Positions 49,502 to 58,454 are shown, counted from the stretch's first letter. The stretch is DNA of 64,000 bases from an uncultured Verrucomicrobiae bacterium (GCA_963762565.1 CAVXLD010000011.1:32001-96000); one strand, 5' to 3'. Made by a program: numbers and translations. The notes: generated by a model from the sequence alone, not told the origin.

Positions 49502-50209
49502 ATGATCGACGTCGCCCTTTGTCCCTCAGAAATTCGGCGGTTCGAGGGCCTCGATTTAAGCCGGACCACCGCGGTTGTGTTTGATGTGTTACGCGCGACG
49601 TCCACCATGATTACGGGCTTGGAACACGGGGTGGCCCGGTTTTTTCCGGTCGAGACCGTTGAGGCAGCCCGAGCTCGCAAGGCTCAGGATCCGAACCTTC
49701 TCTTAGCCGGCGAGCGCGGAGGCCTCCCCTTGGAAGGATTTGATCTCGGTAACTCGCCGGCGGAGTTCAAAAGGATCGGCGGTAAAAGTGTCGTGCTCAC
49801 TACAACGAATGGAACGGTGGCTCTCCATCGTGTCCGCCGCGCCAAACGGGTCTATATCGGCGCATTATTGAATCTGGATGCGCTGGCCCAGGTCCTGGAG
49901 CACGAAAACTCAACGGACCTTTTATTAGTATGCGCTGGCACCGGGGAAGAATTCGCCATTGAAGACGCGACCGCCGCGGGAGGACTCGTAGAGCGGTTAC
50001 CCTCCAAATCGCTGTCGGATGCGGCCGTGCTTGTTAAGACTCTATATCGAGAAGCAAGCCCAGACATATTTACCTCCCTTCGCCAGTCCAGGAATGGCCA
50101 CGCCCTGGTAGGAATCGGCAAATTGCAAGACGTCGAAGAATGCGCTCGCCTCGCTGTTAGCCAGACCGTTGGCGTCATGGAGGACGGAGCCGTGGTCAAG
50201 CTGGCGTGA
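49502..50209 (+). CDS. comB: 2-phosphosulfolactate phosphatase family
   Basis: DVLRATS, GERGG, FDLGNSP, TTTNGT and ED...AG. Confidence 0.9.
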   Translation: MIDVALCPSEIRRFEGLDLSRTTAVVFDVLRATSTMITGLEHGVARFFPVETVEAARARKAQDPNLLLAGERGGLPLEGFDLGNSPAEFKRIGGKSVVLTTTNGTVALHRVRRAKRVYIGALLNLDALAQVLEHENSTDLLLVCAGTGEEFAIEDATAAGGLVERLPSKSLSDAAVLVKTLYREASPDIFTSLRQSRNGHALVGIGKLQDVEECARLAVSQTVGVMEDGAVVKLA

Positions 50210-50220
50210 CGGCGCCATAC

Positions 50221-50808
50221 TTGGTAGGGCGAGGCTCCCGAATGGGCGCTAGGTTTTCCCAGCGAACTTGATCTATCCCGACGAATCATGAGCAACGCCG
50301 GAACCGCGCGCCGAGCCGCAATTGATCCAGCGTTCATTTCGTTCTCAAAGCTATTCCTGAGGTCTTCGCGATGATCCTTATTCCGAAGTCCCGCTCAGCG
50401 ATGGCGCATCAGGGGTCGGCGGCTCGGCGCGTTCTGTGGCGTCGGGGACTGGGGATTGGTAACCGATCAGCACCGTTGCGGACGGAGGAGGGTCGTTCGG
50501 GAGGGTCCGTGGTCAAGACATAGGTAACAAATCATGGTCAAGACATGGGTAACAGGTACATACAAAAAATGACTGGGGTGACTCGGAGATCCGCCCAGCT
50601 GGCCGACGGAGGTCAGCTGATAAAAATCGCATGCCGATCGTTCGCGAGAATCGTCGCTTCTGCCCCTCTCACACATTTCACCCTCAAAAAGGACAACCAA
50701 AGGAACCATACATTTTTTGATTGCCCAAGAATAGGTATATAAAAAGCACATTTTCTCGACAAAGTGTTACCTATGTCTTGACCACGTTCAGGAGCCTCGC
50801 CCCACCAA
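50221..50808. repeat. Family A element expanded by a nested MITE
   Basis: ttggtagggcgaggctcc (50221) ... ggagcctcgccccaccaa (50791-50808). Confidence 0.8.
50508..50786. mobile_element. ~280-bp MITE with 22-bp perfect TIRs (IS481-like ends)
   Basis: cgtggtcaagacataggtaaca / tgttacctatgtcttgaccacg, plus a subterminal direct copy at 50535-50554; no transposase. Confidence 0.65.
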
Positions 50809-50979
50809 GCCGCCCATACGCTCTTCTGTCCGCTCGCCACACTCCGCTTGCTCGCAGCCCACCTCTTGATTACAGTGCGCCCGAACCCCAAAAAACGATG
50901 GTCCACTGCAGGGACATCGACCGTCCCGATAAGGCTTGAGGGTTTTAGGCTGAAGACTTAGGCTACCGCGATTTTTCCG

Positions 50980-51945
50980 ATGTCGAAGAGGAAGAAAATT
51001 ACGTTAGCGGTTGTCGGCTCACTAGTCTTTCACCTATTCCTCTTCCTTTCTGTAGTTGGGTACTACACAATCTTTCCCCCTCCGGCGAACCCGAAAGCAA
51101 CCGACACCCAGGATGCGCCGGAATTGACGATTCTTGATACGCCGCCAGATCAAGCTCAGAAGCAATACGTCCGCACGGAGGACGATCAGAAGACGGATCA
51201 AAAACCGGACAATGCCCCGTTCGAGTCCGATAAAGACACAGCGGCTGCGTCCGAGAAACAGAGTAACGAGCAAGCTCCTCTGCCAACCCAGGACGGGAAG
51301 GATCTCCAATCATTAATGTTCCGGAACAACGACTTCTCGCTGGCGATGAACGGCCAGGATTATTCGCGGAATAGCGCTGACGGTGGCGAGAGTGCGGCTT
51401 CGACTCCAGCGCCGACGCCTGATACGACACCCACACCTTCACCCACACCGGCACCGACACCCAAAGACGACGATCTCGCGATGTTGCAGTCGACGCCGAC
51501 TCCGCTGCCGACGCCGAATCCTAACGAAGCCAAAAATAACCAGAATCGGCCCGGTGCTCCCCGAACTGCTTATCGCCCGCAGAATATTATCACCCGAATG
51601 CAGGGGAATATTGGGACCCGCGGACGTTCGTCGGTTGCGGCGCTGGGTACTCCGCAAGGCAGGTTCCAGAAGGCGGTCGAAGACGCTGTGGGCTCATTAT
51701 GGTACTACTACATCCAACAACGCTCCGATCTGGTTGGGATAGGTACCGTAAGAATTGATTTTGTGGTTAGCCCTAGCGGTGAGGTGGTGAGCGCCCGGGT
51801 GGTAAGCAATTCCTCGAATGAGACTCTGGCAACCTGTTCTTTACAATCAATCCGCCAGGCCAAGATCCCGCCCATGCCTCAGGAATTGATTCCTCTGGTT
51901 CCTGAACGTGGACTCGAATTTACTTTCAGCTTCAACTACATGTAA
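50980..51945 (+). CDS. TonB/TolA-like energy transducer
   Basis: N-terminal TM with SxxxH, Pro/Thr-rich linker and TonB_C-like end; upstream of exbBD. Confidence 0.8.
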   Translation: MSKRKKITLAVVGSLVFHLFLFLSVVGYYTIFPPPANPKATDTQDAPELTILDTPPDQAQKQYVRTEDDQKTDQKPDNAPFESDKDTAAASEKQSNEQAPLPTQDGKDLQSLMFRNNDFSLAMNGQDYSRNSADGGESAASTPAPTPDTTPTPSPTPAPTPKDDDLAMLQSTPTPLPTPNPNEAKNNQNRPGAPRTAYRPQNIITRMQGNIGTRGRSSVAALGTPQGRFQKAVEDAVGSLWYYYIQQRSDLVGIGTVRIDFVVSPSGEVVSARVVSNSSNETLATCSLQSIRQAKIPPMPQELIPLVPERGLEFTFSFNYM

Positions 51946-51954
51946 CTATCAAAA

Positions 51955-52644
51955 ATGACGTTTTTAGCTTTGTTCCAAAGCCCGATCGATTTCGTTGTCA
52001 AAGGCGGAGTCTTCATGTGGATTTTATTGGCATGTTCGTTTGTTGCCATAACTGTGATTCTTTTGCGCTTGGTGGCGTTGCGCAAAGGCGCAGTCGTCCC
52101 TCGTCTGATTGAAAAATCGATCGTTGGCTATCGTCCCGGAGAAAGTCTGGAACCTTTGCGCAGAATGGTAAAAGACGACGATTCCGCCATGGGCCAGATC
52201 CTGGACGCAGTCGTCCGGTCTGCTAATGCGACCAAAGCCGAGACGTTGGAAATAGTCCAAACCCGGGCACGCCGTGAGGTGGTTGGGTTAGAATCCGGGC
52301 TCTTCATTCTGGAGATTATCGTCGGTATCTCTCCGCTGCTCGGCCTCCTGGGAGCGGTGACCGGTCTAGTGAAAGTGTTCGCCAATATTGGGTCGGGCGT
52401 AACCTCGACGTCCGATCTGAAAGAGATCGCTTCCGGCATCAGCGAAGCCTTGAGTACAACCATTGTCGGATTAGCCATCGCCATACTCGCAATCGTTGCT
52501 TGGTCGACTTTTACCCGGCGAGTCGAGACCTTAGCCATCCAAATGGAGTCACTAGTGACTGAGTTAATCGATAAAATCTTCCAGCGAGGCGGTCAGGCCG
52601 ACTCGGATCATCGACCCGAAACTCTGGAGGAGGTTACGCGATGA
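51955..52644 (+). CDS. exbB: MotA/TolQ/ExbB proton channel
   Basis: SPLLGLLGAV.G and GISEAL.TT..GL. Confidence 0.85.
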   Translation: MTFLALFQSPIDFVVKGGVFMWILLACSFVAITVILLRLVALRKGAVVPRLIEKSIVGYRPGESLEPLRRMVKDDDSAMGQILDAVVRSANATKAETLEIVQTRARREVVGLESGLFILEIIVGISPLLGLLGAVTGLVKVFANIGSGVTSTSDLKEIASGISEALSTTIVGLAIAILAIVAWSTFTRRVETLAIQMESLVTELIDKIFQRGGQADSDHRPETLEEVTR

Positions 52645-53063
52645 GGTTCTACGTTAAACGTAGAAAAACGCCGCAGATCATTATCGTTTCATTGATCGAC
52701 GTTTTCGCGATTCTTCTGATCTTTTTCATCGTCACAACCACCTTCAAGACGGCCCAATCGCAGTTGTCCATTAACCTGCCTCAAGCAAAGAGTGCAACCC
52801 AAGGAGCGGAACCCCAGGAGCCATTGGTGCTTTCGATTACTCCAGACGAGAAGATTTATCTGGGCGACAAACAACTCGCCGGCGTTGACCAGTTAGCCGC
52901 TCAGCTAAAAGAGCATCAAGAGAAGTCGCCCAATCAGCCGGTCGCCATGAGTGCTGACAACAAAGTGTCGTTTGGTTTCCTGGTCCAAGTTTTGGACGCG
53001 TTAAAACAGGCAGGAATCAAAAATCTACCGGCTTTTACTCAACCTAAAGACACGACGAAATGA
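52641..53063 (+). CDS. exbD: ExbD/TolR biopolymer transporter
   Basis: SLIDVFAILLIFFIV, INLPQA and AD..V.FG....VLD. Confidence 0.85.
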   Translation: MRFYVKRRKTPQIIIVSLIDVFAILLIFFIVTTTFKTAQSQLSINLPQAKSATQGAEPQEPLVLSITPDEKIYLGDKQLAGVDQLAAQLKEHQEKSPNQPVAMSADNKVSFGFLVQVLDALKQAGIKNLPAFTQPKDTTK

Positions 53064-53608
53064 TTCGTGAAATCGTTATCTACGGTGATCCGGTCTTGCG
53101 AAAAAAAGGGAAGCAAATCGACAAGATCACAGAAAAAATCCGGACCCTGGCTCAGGATATGATTGAGACCATGCACGACGCCCACGGTGTCGGGCTGGCC
53201 GGGCAACAGGTTGGTGAACCGATTCAATTGACGGTGATCGACGTCTCCGACGCCGAGAGCCGGCCAAGCCGGATGTGGATCGACGGCCAGGAAGTTGATC
53301 CGAAAGAACACATGCCATTAGTCCTGATCAATCCGCAGCTGGAATTGGGCCGGCAAACTGAGATTGCGCCGGAAGGTTGCCTCAGTTTCCCGGAGATTAC
53401 CGCCGATATCGCGCGGGCTGAACATGTCAAAGTCAGGGCCCTCGATCTGGATGGTAAACCGGTCGTCTTCGAAGCCGAAGGTCTATTGTCGCGAGCGGTC
53501 CAGCACGAGACCGATCACCTGAACGGCATCCTTTTTATCGACCGGATGAATTCGGCCGCCAAAGTGACGCTAGCCAGCAAGCTCAAAAAGCTTGCCGCCG
53601 GCGAATAG
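53060..53608 (+). CDS. def: Peptide deformylase
   Basis: GVGLAGQQ, EGCLS and QHETDHLNG. Confidence 0.95.
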   Translation: MIREIVIYGDPVLRKKGKQIDKITEKIRTLAQDMIETMHDAHGVGLAGQQVGEPIQLTVIDVSDAESRPSRMWIDGQEVDPKEHMPLVLINPQLELGRQTEIAPEGCLSFPEITADIARAEHVKVRALDLDGKPVVFEAEGLLSRAVQHETDHLNGILFIDRMNSAAKVTLASKLKKLAAGE

Positions 53609-53621
53609 CGGAAGCCGAAAT

Positions 53622-53833
53622 TTGGTGGGGCGAGAGCTTGCCGCGCCGTAGGCTTGGCGGAGGCGGGCTCCCGAAAGAGCAGCTAAACGTGGTCGCAGCG
53701 TGCAAAGCGGGGAGGGCGCGCGTCCCCGCGCGCCGCGAGGACGTGGAACCACCAAAAGGCGTATTTCTCGTCATCGATCACAGCGCGTCCTCGGCTTCTG
53801 TAACGACGGATCGCGAGGACGCGAATCCCTCCC
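53622..53833. repeat. Family A end interrupted by family C (53637-53666), then a family K REPIN (53710-53833)
   Basis: ttggtggggcgag[agcttgccgcgccgtaggcttggcggaggcgg]gctcc; gggagggcgcgcgtccccgcgcgccgcg...cggatcgcgaggacgcgaatccctccc. Confidence 0.8.
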
Positions 53834-53862
53834 TGGCGAGGGGCCTACAGGGCCCTACCGCC

Positions 53863-54705
53863 TTACACCACACTATCGTCTGACCCAGACCCGAAATCAT
53901 CGGATCCTCCGAAATCGTCCGACCCTCCGAAGTTATCGTTCTGGGTTAAATCGTTATCAGCGGTCAGATTGGGATCAAAATCAATGTTTTGATTCTGATC
54001 GAGGTTGTTTTGAGCGACCCCCGGCTGGTAGTCGGTATGTTCCGAAGCTGCTTCTCCGGATCCCGCGGGCTTCTCATCGTAGTAGTTGTTGACGATCTCG
54101 GTGTTGCCAGCTTCAGCCGGATTAAACCCCCGTTCGCCGAGAGCGGGCCCAAAAGCACCTGCATTGCGCCCAATCAGGCTCTCGATTCCTTGGAAAAGCG
54201 CGGCACCCCCTGCCACCCCCGCTGCCGTAGCCAGGGCGCTCTTTAAGAAGCCGCCTCCGGAACTCGGCGCTAGATTTACCGTGGATGGATAAGGTATCGC
54301 TTGCGGAGCCGCCATCGGCACCGGTGGCGGGTTGACCGGCGCCCCTGTGCCTGGGACTTGCTGATACTGCGGTTGCTGCGCTTGCTGCGGCACTGGGGGA
54401 GGCGTTGCGGGCTTGCTGCCTCCAAAGAGGCGGCTCACGCCCGAAAGGAAACTGCCTCCTCCGCTCGCAGGCTCATTTTGGCTGGCTGCGGCGAGGCGGT
54501 TCTCCAGTTCGGCGATCCGCGACTGGGCGTTAGCCAGCGCATGTTCTTGGACAATCACTGCCTGTGCCAAAAGATATGGCGCCGACGGAAGGGCTGTGGT
54601 TTTCGCCCGGATCAATTGCTCAGCCTGAGGATCCTTCTGCGTGCTATCCGCCTGCCGCAATCGCTCAAACAAATTTTCGATCAAATTCTGTTCGTCTGGA
54701 GTCAT
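53863..54705 (-). CDS. DUF2076 family protein
   Basis: MTPDEQNLIENLFERL...PYLLAQAVIVQEHAL, GGGFL..A..TAAGVAGG and an acidic tail. Confidence 0.85.
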   Translation of the reverse strand: MTPDEQNLIENLFERLRQADSTQKDPQAEQLIRAKTTALPSAPYLLAQAVIVQEHALANAQSRIAELENRLAAASQNEPASGGGSFLSGVSRLFGGSKPATPPPVPQQAQQPQYQQVPGTGAPVNPPPVPMAAPQAIPYPSTVNLAPSSGGGFLKSALATAAGVAGGAALFQGIESLIGRNAGAFGPALGERGFNPAEAGNTEIVNNYYDEKPAGSGEAASEHTDYQPGVAQNNLDQNQNIDFDPNLTADNDLTQNDNFGGSDDFGGSDDFGSGSDDSVV

Positions 54706-54763
54706 ACAAATTGTGATATTGACGATCCAATACTTCGACAGGAAAGCCAGTCCGATCGTTCGA

Positions 54764-56026
54764 ATGATTAATTTACTACGCTTCCCCCCATTCCTGGGGG
54801 CCGTAATTCTTGGTCTCGGAATGAATAACTGTCCGGCGGAACCTGGTCGCGCCGTCTTGTCCTCCATAGCTTTAGCGACGGAGGAAGGCTTGGCGAAGGC
54901 GGAACCGGCTGCCGGCCAGAACAATATCTTCGGGATGTCTTTGCTGGTCAAGTTGATGGCGGAGCGGAGCGACGAGAACATCGTCATTTCACCATTCAGC
55001 CTCGAGCTCGCCTTGGGTATGGTTTATGCCGGCTGTAGCGGAACTAGCGCGGACGAACTGAGCCGTGTCATGGGGTTTACTTCTCAACCCGGCTCCCAAG
55101 AGTTCCACGTTCCGGGGATGGACCTCGTTTCTGCTCTCCCTCCTACGATAACCCTAAAAATCGCGAATTCGCTATGGTGCGACCGGTCGACAAAGCTGCG
55201 GCCAACATTTGAGTCAAAGGTGAAGGACCTCTTCAACCCGGAAATTCAATCCACGGACCTGGAGACGCCGGGCACGATGAAAGCAATCAACGATTGGGTC
55301 GCTAAGGCGACCGGAGGGAGGATCACCGATCTCCTCCAGAAGCCACCTAAGCCGCCCTTGGTTCTGATCGATGCGGTCTATTTCAAAGGCGCCTGGAAGG
55401 ATGCATTTCCAGATTCACAGAATTTTCCCGCTCAATTCAACCGGGAACGTGGCGGACCCTGCCAGGTTACCATGATGAAGCGCAGTCTCTCAGCGCCCTA
55501 TCTGGAGACAGGTGATTTCCAAGCCATCAAACTTCCATATAGCGGCGGCGGACTGGAAATGGTCCTGATTTTACCGGCTGAAGGGATCGGTCTGGGCGCC
55601 GTTGTGCAGCGGCTCAGCAAAACTTCTTGGAAAAGCACAATTGACCAATTCACTGAAGGGACCGGAACAATCAGCTTGCCGCGATTCAAGGCTACTTTTC
55701 GTGATTCTTTAGTTTCTCCGCTGGCTCAATTAGGCATTAAGGCCGTCTTCGAACCAAGCACGGATTTCGCTCCGATGTTCGAAGACACTCGGAAGTTTTT
55801 TGTCTCCAACATAATCCAACAGACCTATCTCCGGGTCGATGAGAAGGGAAGTGAAGCTGCTGCCGCCACCGAGGTGCAGATAGAAGCAATGGCGAGGCGT
55901 GCACCTCCCAAGAAACCGTTCAACCTGGTTTTTGATCGCCCATTCCTATTCGCGATTACGGATGACCAATCCGGCCAGCTCCTCTTCGCCGGCGTCTTGT
56001 GCGACCCTGATCAAGCAAAGCTATAA
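54764..56026 (+). CDS. Secreted serpin
   Basis: NIVISPFS, INDWV, AVYFKGAW, LPRF, VDEKGSEAAAAT hinge and FDRPFLFAI. Confidence 0.93.
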   Translation: MINLLRFPPFLGAVILGLGMNNCPAEPGRAVLSSIALATEEGLAKAEPAAGQNNIFGMSLLVKLMAERSDENIVISPFSLELALGMVYAGCSGTSADELSRVMGFTSQPGSQEFHVPGMDLVSALPPTITLKIANSLWCDRSTKLRPTFESKVKDLFNPEIQSTDLETPGTMKAINDWVAKATGGRITDLLQKPPKPPLVLIDAVYFKGAWKDAFPDSQNFPAQFNRERGGPCQVTMMKRSLSAPYLETGDFQAIKLPYSGGGLEMVLILPAEGIGLGAVVQRLSKTSWKSTIDQFTEGTGTISLPRFKATFRDSLVSPLAQLGIKAVFEPSTDFAPMFEDTRKFFVSNIIQQTYLRVDEKGSEAAAATEVQIEAMARRAPPKKPFNLVFDRPFLFAITDDQSGQLLFAGVLCDPDQAKL

Positions 56027-56031
56027 GCTTT

Positions 56032-56241
56032 TTCGTTCTCGTCCTCGTCGTCGTCCTTCCGCCTTCGCCAACGTCCCGGTTGTGGAGCGCGCCTCGCTTG
56101 CGAGGCCGACTTCCAGCGGTTGGCAACATAGACCATGGGCTTCGTCGGACAGGCTGTCCTCGAATCCGGTTACGCGGAGTGATGGAGTGTGGGAGTGTTG
56201 GAGTACTGCGCCAAGTCCGAAAGGCACCCGCGTAGCGGGTT
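56032..56241. repeat. ~210-bp dispersed repeat (inverted copy of 15244-15453)
   Basis: Direct sequence comparison. Confidence 0.9.
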
Positions 56242-56528
56242 CGAGATGCTGAAGGGGCGGCAGAATCACTTCCTGAGATAGGTAAAACGCTAACCCAACA
56301 AGCCGCCGGTCCCAACTATCTATCGCCCCTTCAGGGGGATCGTTTTGGAATGTATTCCTGGGGTTAAAACCCCACGCTGAGTCCCATAGTCCCTTCGGGA
56401 CAAAAACCTCCCTGAAATCTCCGCAGAATCGAAGCAACCCCATCCGTGCCTGACCCCGCGCTGAGTTTCAACACATCGACACAGCCCCGATTCTCATATA
56501 AAAATTGCTGAGCTCCTTCTCTCTCCCC

Positions 56529-57419
56529 ATGAAAAACTACTTCATCTATCTACCGAATCGAAAATCACACGATCCATGGGAGTGTGTAGCGACTTCGCTC
56601 GGGTACTCGAAGATCCCGCCTCATCACGATTATCCGCCTCTACGTCACCCGGTGGACCATCATTTTACCTGGGCGAATGGTCGCGTCCTGCAGGCATATC
56701 AGATCATCTATATATCGGAAGGGCGAGGAGTCTTTGAGTCTGAAGGATTGACTAAGCGTTGGCGGGTTGGCCCCGGTAGCGTCCTCTTATTGTTTCCCGG
56801 GGTCTGGCATCGTTACGCACCGGACGACAAGACGGGCTGGGCCGAACATTGGATCGAATGCAGCGGCGGATGTTTCGATCGAGCCAGAGAAACCGGACAG
56901 ATCGATCCGGGGCGCTCGGTTTTGCGCATCGGTTTTGTCCCGGATCTGCTCCTTTGTTTTGATCGTTGCCATAGCTTAGCCCAACGCCTGTCGCGGGGGA
57001 GTCAGGCGTTGCTTTCCACCATGGGCATACACATTTTATCGCTCGTGCTAGAAGCCGCTCGCTTGCGTCGTAGCGCTCACCTCCGAGGAGATGACTTTGT
57101 CCAAGGCGCCCAGTGGCTGATTATGGAAAAGTACCAGGAACGGATCCGGATGCAGGAAGTCGCTAGCACCTTACGCATCGGCTATTCGCGTTTCCGCCAA
57201 GCTTTCAAAAGCCGGACCGGGCTGAGCCCCAAGCAATATCAGCTCCAGGCACGGATCCAGAAGGCGCAAGATCTTCTACTGAATACTCCAATGTCCGTGA
57301 AAGAGATCTCGTTAGTTCTGGGCTTCGATTCTCCTTACCACCTCTCCCGTCAATTCAAGCATCATGTCGGACTAGCCCCACGTTATTGGCGCCAGGATCG
57401 GCGAACAGTTCGTGGTTAG
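56529..57419 (+). CDS. AraC family transcriptional regulator
   Basis: Cupin-like N-terminus (LFPGVWHRY); FRQAFK..TGLSPKQY and LGFDSPYHLSRQFK. Confidence 0.92.
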   Translation: MKNYFIYLPNRKSHDPWECVATSLGYSKIPPHHDYPPLRHPVDHHFTWANGRVLQAYQIIYISEGRGVFESEGLTKRWRVGPGSVLLLFPGVWHRYAPDDKTGWAEHWIECSGGCFDRARETGQIDPGRSVLRIGFVPDLLLCFDRCHSLAQRLSRGSQALLSTMGIHILSLVLEAARLRRSAHLRGDDFVQGAQWLIMEKYQERIRMQEVASTLRIGYSRFRQAFKSRTGLSPKQYQLQARIQKAQDLLLNTPMSVKEISLVLGFDSPYHLSRQFKHHVGLAPRYWRQDRRTVRG

Positions 57420-57630
57420 CAGTTTGCGGTTGGCCGTTTACTGTTTGCGGTCTATCCGGACCCATAAGTCCCATGAGTCCCATGAGTCCTATAAGTCCCA
57501 TCTGACCAAGTACTTAAAGTGTTGCAGCTTTCATTAACTGTTACCGAAGCTGCACGCTTCCCCGCAGCCTCGCATGGACAACCGGCCCCATTTGCCGTAA
57601 ACCGTGAACCGCCAAACGCCAAACGCCAAC
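57409..57630. repeat. Family B composite palindrome
   Basis: gtttgcggttggccgtttac... / ccgtaaaccgtgaaccgccaaacgccaaacgcc; inner (gtcccatga)n array. Confidence 0.75.
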
Positions 57631-57635
57631 CCACC

Positions 57636-58454
57636 ATGAACTTGGCAGCATTTCCTAAGCGCCCTCTGGGATTAGCCGAGGGCACCGGCACGAAGCGAAA
57701 GATATTTGTGCTCTTACTTTCCGCGCTGTTTTTCGCAGGTTGTTTCCTGGTTTTCGCCCTGGCTCTCGGGCCCGGTGTTCTTGAAGACATCCGGCTAGCT
57801 AAGGAAGGCAAACCCGCGTTGAGCGGCACCGTGAGCGGTGAGATCAGAAGCCGGCTATTTACCAATTGGGGCGATCTCAAGCTGGAGTACACCATACCGG
57901 GACGAGGCCGGAACGGAGGCGCGACTTCTTTTAGCCGGAACAAGGATATCTTCTTTGTTGGCGATCTCGATGAATCCAAAGAGGCGAAGATCTATTACCT
58001 GGAGAGTGACCCTTCGATCGCCACGGTTTCGTACGGGTTAGATCTGTTGCTCAATCGAGAAATCACTTTGGTCGTTTCTTTGGTCATAGAACTAGCCTTC
58101 GTCATTATGGCGATGGCAGGCTGCTTCCGCGTGGGCGCTATCGGGCGCAGTATGCGTCGCGCCGCCGACCATCCCGAGCCGATCGAAGTGACCATCGTTC
58201 GCAGCCGGTTTTATCGGCGCCGCCACTACATTAGTTACGAATGGCAAAACGGCGGACGCCGGCGTGCGACCGTAGCTTGGAGACAGGAGCGTGATCCGTT
58301 GTTCACCGGTCCAACCCAGGAGCGCGCCCTGGCCATCAAAGGCCCCGATGGTTATGCCCATCTCGTAGACTCCGATTTCAGGCCATTCGAATTAACGGAG
58401 GAGGAGAGGGAGCGGGTGCTGGGTGAAGGGGCGAAGAGGGGCAGTGATTGGTGA
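57636..58454 (+). CDS. Hypothetical membrane protein (2 TM, DUF3592-like layout)
   Basis: TM - beta-rich loop - TM - basic C-terminal domain; 272 aa. Confidence 0.6.
   Translation: MNLAAFPKRPLGLAEGTGTKRKIFVLLLSALFFAGCFLVFALALGPGVLEDIRLAKEGKPALSGTVSGEIRSRLFTNWGDLKLEYTIPGRGRNGGATSFSRNKDIFFVGDLDESKEAKIYYLESDPSIATVSYGLDLLLNREITLVVSLVIELAFVIMAMAGCFRVGAIGRSMRRAADHPEPIEVTIVRSRFYRRRHYISYEWQNGGRRRATVAWRQERDPLFTGPTQERALAIKGPDGYAHLVDSDFRPFELTEEERERVLGEGAKRGSDW

Noticed and set aside
49502..50209. comB as evidence for coenzyme M biosynthesis
   Set aside because: No comA, comC or comDE nearby; stand-alone ComB homologues are common in bacteria.
51403..51520. Pro-Thr repeat DNA (also 45130-45230)
   Set aside because: Ordinary low-complexity protein linkers, not mobile repeats.
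56250..56401. REP-like palindromes (ggggttaaaacccc; gtcccttcgggac) upstream of araC
   Set aside because: Probably another repeat family, but single copy in this window, so boundaries cannot be supported.
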